In this document: piece by piece, positions 41,408 through 49,944 of the stretch
Layout: each line of letters opens with the position of its first letter
Numbering within the stretch: the stretch's first letter is position 1
Assembly (NCBI GenBank): GCA_963665665.1
Contig: OY762428.1
Location: 736,001 to 800,000 of the forward strand
DNA length: 64,000 nucleotides
Reading direction: 5' to 3'
Source: Candidatus Kapaibacterium sp.
GTDB lineage: Bacteria > Bacteroidota > Ignavibacteria > Kapaibacteriales > UBA2268
Notes under the pieces: generated by a model
Seen by the model: only the letters and a program-made list of their open reading frames with translations
The model's database searches: none
Told to the model about the DNA's origin: nothing
Translations under genes and position numbers: made by a program

Positions 41408-41719
41408 AACTAATACTCCTAATTACAACATTACATTCTTGCAAATTACAAAAAAATTAGTTTATAAACCTAAAATTCATAGGCTTTTTACTAATTGCCA
41501 ACTGAATTTTTATAAACTGGTAAAATCGGACCTATAAACCTCCGGTTCAAAATGCAATGTTTTTAATTAGAACGAATATAAGTATAAATTATTAAAATCC
41601 AAATTATAATAATCTGTAACAAACCAATTTTTAATTAAGTAAAAAGCTTACAATAATTCAATAATCGAAAAACTTATTCTTTTGTTAATAGTAATTTGTG
41701 AAAGAGTGATTTAAATACC

Positions 41720-41746
41720 CATCCGATGACTCCAGGTCATCGGATG
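41720..41746. repeat. REP-like palindrome (copy 1)
   Basis: CATCCGATGAC-TCCAG-GTCATCGGATG, with a near-identical copy at 57330-57356. Confidence 0.75.
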
Positions 41747-41757
41747 AACATTAATAA

Positions 41758-44700
41758 TTAATCCTGATAAATAACTTTTTCTGTCTGAACGAACCTTCCT
41801 GATCTGAGTTTAACAAAATAAACACCTGAACTTACATTTTCAGGTATCCATGAGAATTTATGATCACCGGCTGTCATGCTGCCAGATACTACCGTATAGA
41901 CCGTATTACCGAATACGTCCATTATTTCAATGCTGCTGAATTCATCACGAGGAATATTTATTGCAATAACAGTCCTGTAATTGAATGGTAGCGGACTTAT
42001 TGATATTATACCGAAACCTTCTTCAAATGTTTGCGGTACATCTGTATCAATTTCTGTTGTGAAGCTCCATGTTTCGCTAATTTCTCCCGGGCCTGCCGCA
42101 TTGTGAGCGCGTACTTTCCAGTAATAAGTCGTTGAGCCTTCCAGTTCGCTGAAAATTGTTGTCCTGGCAAGGGAAATCCCGGTTTTTTCATACACGATAT
42201 TATTGAATTCACTATCAGTTGATGCCCAAACTTCATAGAAGTCAGCATTGTCAACATCTTCCCATTGCAGCTTGGCTCTGATCTTAACTTCAGTAGCTCC
42301 GTTTCCGGGCTCAAGTAATACCGGAATACCTGGAACTGCCAATGTCATGAATGACCACGTATCACTCCATGGCCCGTAAGCAGGCCGCTCGGCATTAATC
42401 GTATTCACAGCGCGAACCCTCCAGTAGTATCTGGTATTTGCATCAAGAGAATCAGTAATTTTAAAAATGAAATTTTTGATATTTTCCTGATCTTCAACAA
42501 TTTCAGTAAAGTTTTCGTCAAGTGCTAACTGTATGTGAAACATTGTTTTATAACCAAAATCAACATTATATCTGACATCAGACCAGTTCATTTCAGGGAT
42601 GACGGTAACGTCGGTTTCATTATTCTCAGGTCGGTTTAATTCAGGCGCTCCGGGCGCAGGCATACCAACGGTGAACTGCCATGTTGATGACCAGTGCTCC
42701 GGGTTATTATTGCCGATATTATCGTATTCAGGTATTACTTTCCAAAAATATACGCCGTCTTCTAGTTCATCGAATGTGGGAAATTCAGATGTTTCTATTG
42801 TTTCAATTACATTTTCCGGATTGTCTTTTGCAAGCGAAACCGTATAGTTAACAGCATCCGGAACAAACTGCCATTCCAGGGTAACTGATGAAGTTTTGCC
42901 ATAAGCAAAATTTTTAGGTGACAGCAGGCCAACAGCTGTTTTTACTCTTTTAATATTACCGTTTGTGTCCAGCCTGATACAAATATTAGATTTTAACCCT
43001 TTCGTCGTTCTTAAAGTCGTTTGTTCATCATTAACCGTAAAGTATAAATTATGTATTGCATTATCTCTGCCGGTTCCGAAATGAATCATATCAGATGATT
43101 GTGCAGCCCTGCCGTTCATAACAGATCCCGGCAGCCAGCGAACCAACTCGCCATTATTGGCAGCAAGCCTTGCCTTTGCACCATAACCCGAAGCATTAAC
43201 TCCCGAGCCGTCGTTAAGGAATTGGTTTGAAGGAATAATTTCAAGGTACGAATTTTCGCGGGGAATATCATTCCTGAAAAGTTTTACATATTCCTGGCTG
43301 CTGGCAACAAGCAAATCCATATCACCGTCCAGGTCGTAATCCAGCCTTATGGGGGCCCATGCGCCGTGAATTACCGGGCCGTATTCCCAGGTTTTATCCC
43401 TTAAACGGAAATCATTATCGGCACCGGAATTCATGTATAGCCTGGACAGGCGGTCAACGCCGTCGCCTCTTCGGTCGTATGAATACTGGCAGTGGTAAAG
43501 GTCCTGGAACCCGTCGTTATCGAAATCAGCCCAAACCATACCTGCATTCATTTCAAAGAATTTTAATCCCAGTTCTTCCTTTACATTTGTAAATGAGTAA
43601 TCATCGGGGCCGTTGTTTTTCATGATCATTGACGGATTGGAAACAGCACCGCGCCAGTCCGGATGCCCCAGATTGCCGATTGCAAGGTCCATGTAGCCGT
43701 CATTGTTGTAATCAGCCCAGTCAGAGCCCATTCCGTGCCCGAAATAATTTGCCTGCTGAGTTGGAACACCACGTGCGCCTGTTTCAGCTCCAACTTCGGT
43801 AAAGGTACCGTCGCCGTTGTTTTTATAAAGCAGGTCGGGAGCAAGGCGATATGTTGCAACGAAAATATCCGGCCAGCCGTCGTCGTTGTAATCGCAAACA
43901 CTCGCGCCCCAGCAGTCGTAATATGGGGAAGGCTCGCCTGCTGCAATTCCTGATGAAGATGTAACATCTTCAAATTCCCGGTTGCCAAGATTTTTGAAAA
44001 GTTTATCCTGGTAGAATACTTCATTGGGATATGATCCGCTGCGGCCATAAGCTATAAACAGGTCAAGCAGCCCGTCGTTATTATAATCCAGCCAGATAGG
44101 GGTAACAGTAGGCGCATCCTTCACAATATCAGGGTCAGTCTGCTCTGTAAAAGTACCGTCGCCATTGCCCCAGTACATTTTATCGTTGCCGCTGCCCCTT
44201 GCGGAGAACGCATCTAAATTGCCGTCGTTATCAACGTCTGCCCAAACTGTTGCAAAGCAGTTGAAACCGAACCTTGAGCTAACATTGCTGTATGTTCCAT
44301 CACCGTTATTCTCAAAGAATCTGCTGCCAATTGCAAGGTCTGCAAAGCCGTCATTATTCCAGTCCGGGGCGCTCGCCATAGCCGAACGCAGGGGATTGCC
44401 CGAGTCATCAGTCAAGCCTGCTTCAACGCTAACGTCAAGGAACAGGGGTGCAGGTGCCGGCTGGGAAGTATTATTATCCGGGTATGTATATTCAATTATG
44501 CTCCTTACCATGTAATCGCCCGTGGCAAGGTAATAATTACCGGGGCCACCAAGGGAATTTGTTTTAAACGGGTTCATCATATATGAGGTATATGGCTGTG
44601 TCTGGCTGTTATCATCCGCAGCGAACCATGGCCCGTTCTTTCCCGTGCTGTGCTGAATCCAGATACGGTCGAAGCCGTCTGATCTGAGGTTGCTAACTGG

Positions 44701-45057
44701 TATGCTAACCCATCCGGGATTTCCGTCGTACTCGATAATAATCGGATCGATAAGCAGGTTATAATCCCAAACCCAGCCTGTGGGTGGAATGGCACCTTCG
44801 GAAGGATCGCCGGCCACATAAATGGTGTCTAATCCGGGTTCATCGCCAGTGTAATAAATTTTAATTTCTTTAAATGAGCAAGGCCCGTCAGGCGACAGCA
44901 TTGCCGATTCCTCGTAAGTTTCATTTTCCGCCCATCCGCTTGGCGTCTGGTGTCCGGCTCGTGGCGAGCCGTTATCATTAGCAAGCTCTACAAGATTTGA
45001 ATAAACATTTGAAATCGAGAGAGAAAATATAGAAAAAATAAGTAATAAAAATTTCAT
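41758..45057 (-). CDS. FG-GAP/VCBS repeat (CRTAC1/ASPIC-UnbV-like) protein with FN3-like repeats and T9SS CTD
   Basis: Multiple D(Y/W/F)NNDG..DL repeats, three Y(Y/F)W(K/R)V...W.F units and the SSGVYFVKL CTD. Start reassigned to MKFLLL at 45057, after GGAGG. Confidence 0.87.
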   Translation of the reverse strand: MKFLLLIFSIFSLSISNVYSNLVELANDNGSPRAGHQTPSGWAENETYEESAMLSPDGPCSFKEIKIYYTGDEPGLDTIYVAGDPSEGAIPPTGWVWDYNLLIDPIIIEYDGNPGWVSIPVSNLRSDGFDRIWIQHSTGKNGPWFAADDNSQTQPYTSYMMNPFKTNSLGGPGNYYLATGDYMVRSIIEYTYPDNNTSQPAPAPLFLDVSVEAGLTDDSGNPLRSAMASAPDWNNDGFADLAIGSRFFENNGDGTYSNVSSRFGFNCFATVWADVDNDGNLDAFSARGSGNDKMYWGNGDGTFTEQTDPDIVKDAPTVTPIWLDYNNDGLLDLFIAYGRSGSYPNEVFYQDKLFKNLGNREFEDVTSSSGIAAGEPSPYYDCWGASVCDYNDDGWPDIFVATYRLAPDLLYKNNGDGTFTEVGAETGARGVPTQQANYFGHGMGSDWADYNNDGYMDLAIGNLGHPDWRGAVSNPSMIMKNNGPDDYSFTNVKEELGLKFFEMNAGMVWADFDNDGFQDLYHCQYSYDRRGDGVDRLSRLYMNSGADNDFRLRDKTWEYGPVIHGAWAPIRLDYDLDGDMDLLVASSQEYVKLFRNDIPRENSYLEIIPSNQFLNDGSGVNASGYGAKARLAANNGELVRWLPGSVMNGRAAQSSDMIHFGTGRDNAIHNLYFTVNDEQTTLRTTKGLKSNICIRLDTNGNIKRVKTAVGLLSPKNFAYGKTSSVTLEWQFVPDAVNYTVSLAKDNPENVIETIETSEFPTFDELEDGVYFWKVIPEYDNIGNNNPEHWSSTWQFTVGMPAPGAPELNRPENNETDVTVIPEMNWSDVRYNVDFGYKTMFHIQLALDENFTEIVEDQENIKNFIFKITDSLDANTRYYWRVRAVNTINAERPAYGPWSDTWSFMTLAVPGIPVLLEPGNGATEVKIRAKLQWEDVDNADFYEVWASTDSEFNNIVYEKTGISLARTTIFSELEGSTTYYWKVRAHNAAGPGEISETWSFTTEIDTDVPQTFEEGFGIISISPLPFNYRTVIAINIPRDEFSSIEIMDVFGNTVYTVVSGSMTAGDHKFSWIPENVSSGVYFVKLRSGRFVQTEKVIYQD

Positions 45058-45263
45058 AACGCCTCCGTTTGATATGTCATTTCCTGTGTAAGTACAATGG
45101 AAAAATATAAGGATAAGATATAAATAAATCAAGTGTTATTTTAGAAGGATGGTAGAGAATATCAATATTTGAATAATTTTGTTTGTCTTTTTGTATATAT
45201 ACGATATTCGGGATAAATTTATCTCAAATATTATTTGCTTTAGTTGAATTATTTACATATTAT

Positions 45264-45281
45264 AGTACAGAATAATGTACT
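45264..45281 (+). promoter_or_regulatory. Putative YefM-YoeB operator palindrome (second copy at 46756-46773)
   Basis: AGTACA-GAATAA-TGTACT immediately upstream of the antitoxin start. yefM-yoeB operators are known to use GTAC-core palindromes. Confidence 0.6.
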
Positions 45282-45298
45282 TTATATTGGACAATTCA

Positions 45299-45553
45299 AT
45301 GATGACAACAACTTTAACGGAATTCAGGAAAAACCTGAAATACTATGCTGACAGAATTATTGAAAATTTCGATACCCTGATCATCAATCGCGGCAAGAAC
45401 CGCGGCATTGTAGTCCTGTCCCTTGATGAATACAATGCTTTGTGCGCTACCAGGCATGAAACATCGTCCGAAAGAAATAAAAGCAGGCTGGATTCCGCAA
45501 TTAAGAAGCTTAATGAGGGAAAATCGCATGAAAAATCTTTGGTTGAAGAATGA
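45299..45553 (+). CDS. yefM: Phd/YefM family antitoxin
   Basis: TTLTEFRKNLK...LIINRGK..GIVVLSLDEYN; overlaps the toxin gene by ATGA. Confidence 0.9.
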   Translation: MMTTTLTEFRKNLKYYADRIIENFDTLIINRGKNRGIVVLSLDEYNALCATRHETSSERNKSRLDSAIKKLNEGKSHEKSLVEE

Positions 45554-45813
45554 AATACATCTTTGTAGATGAATCATGGGATGATTACCTTTATTGGCAG
45601 AAAACTGATAAAAAGATTTTGAGAAAAATAAATAAACTGCTAAAAGATATCTCAAGAAATCCCTTTTCGGGCCTTGGCAAGCCTGAACCTTTGAAATTTG
45701 AATACAATGGTTTCTGGTCGAGGAGAATTGACGGGGAGCACAGGTTGATTTACAGGGTTGAAGGGGATGAAATACAAATTGCCAAATGCAGGTTCCATTA
45801 CGACAGGAAATAG
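45550..45813 (+). CDS. yoeB: Txe/YoeB family toxin
   Basis: WDDYLYWQ, GKPEPLK, WSRRIDGEHRLIY and CRFHY motifs. Confidence 0.95.
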   Translation: MKYIFVDESWDDYLYWQKTDKKILRKINKLLKDISRNPFSGLGKPEPLKFEYNGFWSRRIDGEHRLIYRVEGDEIQIAKCRFHYDRK

Positions 45814-45909
45814 TTTATATGACCATGGCCGGTAATAAATAAATCAAGTGTTATTTTAGAAAGATGATATTTTGAAAATTGTAAATATTTAAATAATTCT
45901 TGTATATAT

Positions 45910-45930
45910 GTAACGAATACGTTACATTTG
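45910..45930 (+). promoter_or_regulatory. Operator palindrome overlapping the -7 promoter element of the HigBA-like pair
   Basis: GTAACG-AATA-CGTTAC (45910-45925) overlaps TACATTTG (45923-45930), with TTG 20 nt upstream. The start codon follows within a few nt, so the mRNA would be leaderless-like. Confidence 0.6.
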
Positions 45931-45934
45931 TTTG

Positions 45935-46279
45935 ATGAGAGAAATAGATATAACAGAAAAATGTTTAGAATTTATTGATTCCCAACCGGAAAGAGTAGCA
46001 AATAAATTCTTTCAATTAATTGAAGTTATTGGTGAAATTAAAGTCGTTCATAAAAATTTTGTAAAAAAATTGATTAATACAGAATATTATGAATTGCGAA
46101 TTAAAGCAGGTAATGAATACAGAGTAATAATTTTTGCAATAGATCACAATAATTTCTCTGAATGTTCTCTTGCAGTATGTTTAAATGGATTTATTAAAAA
46201 GTCGAATAAAGATTATGTAAAGGCATTAAAAGAAGCGGATAAAATTTTGAAAGATTATCTGAAAGGTAAAGTATCATGA
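45935..46279 (+). CDS. RelE/ParE-superfamily (Gp49/HigB-like) toxin
   Basis: FVKKL..TEYYELRIK.GNEYRVI...NGFIKK; toxin-first order with a downstream XRE gene. Confidence 0.85.
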   Translation: MREIDITEKCLEFIDSQPERVANKFFQLIEVIGEIKVVHKNFVKKLINTEYYELRIKAGNEYRVIIFAIDHNNFSECSLAVCLNGFIKKSNKDYVKALKEADKILKDYLKGKVS

Positions 46280-46557
46280 AAACAATCAGGGCAAAAGAAA
46301 TATTGGCAGAACGCTATGGCGAAAAAGGATCGGAAAGCAGGGAACAATTCCGCAACGAAGCATATTCATACTATTTCGGCGAGATAATAAGAAACAGGAG
46401 AAAAGAACTTAATATGACACAAGAAAAACTAGCCGAGTTGATAGGAAAGAAGCGGCCGTATATATCAAGGATTGAGAACGGGGAAGACGTTAGAATATCT
46501 AATCTTATGCTGGTTGCCAATGCATTGGGTTTATCAATTCAGCTTACGGCAGTATAG
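46276..46557 (+). CDS. XRE-family HTH antitoxin (HigA-like)
   Basis: IRNRRKELNMTQEKLAELIGKKRPYISRIENG; ATGA overlap with the toxin gene. Confidence 0.88.
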   Translation: MKTIRAKEILAERYGEKGSESREQFRNEAYSYYFGEIIRNRRKELNMTQEKLAELIGKKRPYISRIENGEDVRISNLMLVANALGLSIQLTAV

Positions 46558-46790
46558 AATTAAATTCAACTGTTTTTAAATTATTATTGATAGTAATCTA
46601 ACGACACGAAAAGCAAAATATATCAAGTATTATTTTAGAAAGACGTGGAGCATCAAAATTTGAATAATTTTGTTTGTCTTTTTGTATATACCAGTATAGA
46701 AGGGATAAATTTATCTAAAATATTATTTGCTTTAGTTGAATTATGTACATATTATAGTACAGAATAATGTACTTTATATTGGACGATACA

Positions 46791-47045
46791 ATGATGACAA
46801 CAACTTTAACGGAATTCAGGAAAAACCTGAAATACTTTGCCGACAGAATTAATGAAAATCTCGATACCCTGATCATCAATCGCGGTAAGAACCGCGGCAT
46901 TGTAGTCCTGTCTCTTGATGAATACAATGCTTTGTGCGCTACCAGGCATGAAACATCGTCCGGAAGAAATAAAAGCAGGCTGGATTCCGCAATTAAGAAG
47001 CTGAATGAGGGAAAATCGCATGAAAAATCTTTGGTTAAGAAATGA
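46791..47045 (+). CDS. yefM: Second, near-identical Phd/YefM antitoxin
   Basis: Differs from 45299-45553 at only a handful of residues; the upstream region is duplicated too (offset 1492 bp). Confidence 0.88.
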   Translation: MMTTTLTEFRKNLKYFADRINENLDTLIINRGKNRGIVVLSLDEYNALCATRHETSSGRNKSRLDSAIKKLNEGKSHEKSLVKK

Positions 47046-47704
47046 AAAAAGAGAAAATAAATAAATATTTAGAAAATGTATTAATTAGCAGGTCTAACGA
47101 AAAAATGAAGGTTACCTATATAAATAATGGAAGGTATTTCAATGATTTATTTGGTATTAGCTTCAAAGTTCCTAAAGAATGGACTATGTTAGATTCAGAG
47201 CAATTTGAAATAGGAATGAATAATCATATTCTTATGGGCGAATATGAGTATTATAAACAAGATTTCATTTCTGCTATTGGTTGTCCGTCTTTGAGGTTGA
47301 CAAAGTATAATCCTGAATTTAATAAATGTTATGGATTAGTATCACCCACCTTTAATTTTGATATTACATCAAAATATCCTGATTATTTAAATTACTCTCT
47401 TAAAGATTATGCTGATTTAGTTGATAATCAGGCTGAATTTGGTTATCATATGTTAAAGCATTTTCGAGTTATATCAAGGGGTGATATATACAAAAGAAAT
47501 GGTCATAAATACATTAAATATCATTTAGAATATTTATTTGAATGTAAAGAATTAGATTTTGGAATAATGGTTGAAATGAGTATTTTAAATATTGAATACG
47601 GTGATTTTTTTCTTGAATTTGACCTCACGGATTGCAAAAGTCAGAATCAGGATGAAACGGAAACTTTTAAAATGATTGAAGATTCCATTGAACTTTATTA
47701 TTAA
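47042..47704 (+). CDS. Hypothetical protein occupying the toxin position after yefM copy 2
   Basis: ATGA overlap with yefM and no YoeB motifs. YFNDLFGISFKVPKEW resembles PsbP/Mog1-like N-terminal strands (tentative). Confidence 0.7.
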   Translation: MKKEKINKYLENVLISRSNEKMKVTYINNGRYFNDLFGISFKVPKEWTMLDSEQFEIGMNNHILMGEYEYYKQDFISAIGCPSLRLTKYNPEFNKCYGLVSPTFNFDITSKYPDYLNYSLKDYADLVDNQAEFGYHMLKHFRVISRGDIYKRNGHKYIKYHLEYLFECKELDFGIMVEMSILNIEYGDFFLEFDLTDCKSQNQDETETFKMIEDSIELYY

Positions 47705-47738
47705 AAACATTGGATGGTCTTAACCATAATCAATATTC

Positions 47739-48266
47739 CTAATCCTTTTCAATACGGATACAACTGAAAATCTCATCATAAATTTGTTCTTTGTTGTCTG
47801 CTGATAGAGGCATGGAAACATGGAATACTACAAGCCAGGCTCCCTTTTTGAAATATACGATTCTATGATTCTCGCCGGGCCAGGATACATCAACGGAATC
47901 TATAGAATACTCGCAGCAATATAGATCGCCCGAAAAATTTAGGATACTGTTTTTACATGGTTGCATATCGCTCTCTTCACAATTTGTCCTGTTGTGAATA
48001 TGCCACAAATTTTGGTTTTCATAAAAATTTAAGCTCAAGGTTATATTGCTATCCATGAAAGCTGCGGCAAACAGCTTATCGTCGCCGTAAATTTTTCCCT
48101 CATGCCGCAGGTAGTTATAAGTAACTGCCTGTTCAGGCTTATAAACTACCTCCCAGTCCTCGCCGGGGATGGATATTTCGAGCGTGTTGTCGTTCTCGCT
48201 TATATAATATAATTTACATGAGTTAAAAAGTGTTAAAAAGAAAATAAAATATACGCCGGTTTTCAT
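47739..48266 (-). CDS. Hypothetical lipoprotein
   Basis: MKTGVYFIFFLTLFNSC lipobox-like N-terminus; start reassigned to 48266. Confidence 0.65.
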   Translation of the reverse strand: MKTGVYFIFFLTLFNSCKLYYISENDNTLEISIPGEDWEVVYKPEQAVTYNYLRHEGKIYGDDKLFAAAFMDSNITLSLNFYENQNLWHIHNRTNCEESDMQPCKNSILNFSGDLYCCEYSIDSVDVSWPGENHRIVYFKKGAWLVVFHVSMPLSADNKEQIYDEIFSCIRIEKD

Positions 48267-48270
48267 GAGA

Positions 48271-48714
48271 TTATCTGAATTTATATTGTAATACACTTGA
48301 ATATATATTGCTTATATACCACTTCCCAAACTTTAAGCTGAAGGTAAAAATCAGGTAAGTATCCCTGCTATCGGATTTTAACCTGATAAATCTATTAATA
48401 TTATTGTCATTAGAATTTTCCATGAAATAATTATTATAATAGATGCCGTCGAAATAATAATTATCTTTTTCAAAATCATTAAGCATATCCAATTTATAAT
48501 TAAAATCGAAATAATGAACTATCGAATATCCCGCCGAGTCCAGTAATTCACATATATCATTGGGGTAAGAAGCTATAAGGCAACTGACGGCGATCTGATC
48601 CTCACGGCTTCCGTCGTCCGGTAAAATCAGATCATCCTTGATAGTTTGATAATTTGAAAATACGCATGACTGAAATGCCAAAGCAATAATAAATATTAAT
48701 ATTCTACCTGTCAT
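48271..48714 (-). CDS. Hypothetical lipoprotein
   Basis: MTGRILIFIIALAFQSC lipobox; start reassigned to 48714. Confidence 0.65.
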   Translation of the reverse strand: MTGRILIFIIALAFQSCVFSNYQTIKDDLILPDDGSREDQIAVSCLIASYPNDICELLDSAGYSIVHYFDFNYKLDMLNDFEKDNYYFDGIYYNNYFMENSNDNNINRFIRLKSDSRDTYLIFTFSLKFGKWYISNIYSSVLQYKFR

Positions 48715-48721
48715 TATCTTA

Positions 48722-49612
48722 TTACTCCATAACAAAATTTTTAATGATGGTATAATAATATTTGAATCCAATTTGAAAACTCATAGATTCGGTGTCTAAT
48801 TGATCGTATGAAAATTTGGAATAAATCATCCGAATCTGAATTTCCCAGTCCTTTATTCCGCGAAAATGCTTATTGTAATATTGGCCCATTTCGAAAAATT
48901 GCATTTTGTAGAAATTCAAACCGACTGAAGCCTGCCGGCAATAAAGCTTTTTACCTTCTTTATAAAGAAAATGAATATTATGAATGTATTCGAAATCAAG
49001 CGATACAGGGTTGAAATTAATATTACCTGCTATTTCAGGAGTTAAATTTGCCGAAGCCGACGAGGCCATACTGTGCCGGATTTCCGGAAACATTGAGTAG
49101 GACGGGGCAATTGAACCAATACCAGCCCTCAACCCGAGCTTTAAATCAATTTCTTTATTAAAATTTATCGGGAAACTTCGTAGCAATCCGAAACTGCCTT
49201 CGGCATAAGTTATTTTTCTGAAATTGATATTATCTTCTCGTTCCATAATTTTGAAGCCAAAAGAACGATCAAACCCAATGTGTGTACCGGTTACATCAAG
49301 ATCAATTAAACAATATCCTACAGAACTAACATTTCCTGCGGTAGATAAGCTGTTGTTGAAATAAATATATGGTAACCTGATACATCCATCAACTTTCGAA
49401 AAAGAAGATAGTTCACGCCTATCGTTATATTTCAATTCCTTTAGATTTGCAATATTATCAGACAGGCCAATACCAATGCTCAGAAAATTATTTCCCCTTG
49501 AATTTTCATAAGAAGCTGATAAACTGAAAAGGTCTTCTACTCTTCTGAAATCAAAAGCTTGCAAGTTACAGCTAATTAAAACTAATAATAATATTGGTAC
49601 AGGAAATTTCAT
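48722..49612 (-). CDS. Hypothetical exported protein, possible beta-barrel
   Basis: Signal peptide MKFPVPILLLVLISCNLQA and amphipathic strands ending FQIGFKYYY. Confidence 0.6.
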   Translation of the reverse strand: MKFPVPILLLVLISCNLQAFDFRRVEDLFSLSASYENSRGNNFLSIGIGLSDNIANLKELKYNDRRELSSFSKVDGCIRLPYIYFNNSLSTAGNVSSVGYCLIDLDVTGTHIGFDRSFGFKIMEREDNINFRKITYAEGSFGLLRSFPINFNKEIDLKLGLRAGIGSIAPSYSMFPEIRHSMASSASANLTPEIAGNINFNPVSLDFEYIHNIHFLYKEGKKLYCRQASVGLNFYKMQFFEMGQYYNKHFRGIKDWEIQIRMIYSKFSYDQLDTESMSFQIGFKYYYTIIKNFVME

Positions 49613-49696
49613 AATAATCAGCCCACCGGCCCTCAACTAATATTCTGATTTTTCATTCACCTTAATAATATAACATTTATTATTGATTATAGGCAC

Positions 49697-49735
49697 AAAA
49701 AAACCTTCCGCAGTTTCGGGAGCTGCGGAAGGTTT
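49697..49735 (-). terminator. Rho-independent terminator
   Basis: AAACCTTCCGCAG...CTGCGGAAGGTTT stem with an A7 run on the left, which is a U-tract on the minus strand. Confidence 0.8.
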
Positions 49736-49944
49736 ATTAAATTTCCGGCATTAACAGATATTTTCTGATTTTGCCCGAATTACAATATTTCTATATCACA
49801 TTATCTATGCTAATAGTAAGCAAATATGATACGATTTTGTTAAGAGCAAGAACAACAAAATTTCTCAGAAATATTTATTATCCTTCATTCATTTATTATC
49901 AGCTTAGAAGTATCGAACAGATAATCACATCTTTACTTCCGGAG

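Larger units (their letters stand above)
45123..46650 (+). repeat. Three copies of an approximately 24-bp cassette-leader motif (about 45123, 45838, 46617)
   Basis: AATAAATCAAGTGTTATTTTAGAA twice and AATATATCAAGTATTATTTTAGAA once, each ahead of a two-gene unit. Confidence 0.8.

Noticed and set aside
43124-43135. GATCCCGGCAG match to the tRNA-Lys 3' end as an att site
   Set aside because: Only about 11 bp, inside an intact coding sequence and on the wrong side of the tRNA; likely chance.
45123-47704. Classical integron cassette array
   Set aside because: No intI gene, and the repeated motif is not palindromic and lacks the RYYYAAC...GTTRRRY attC structure.
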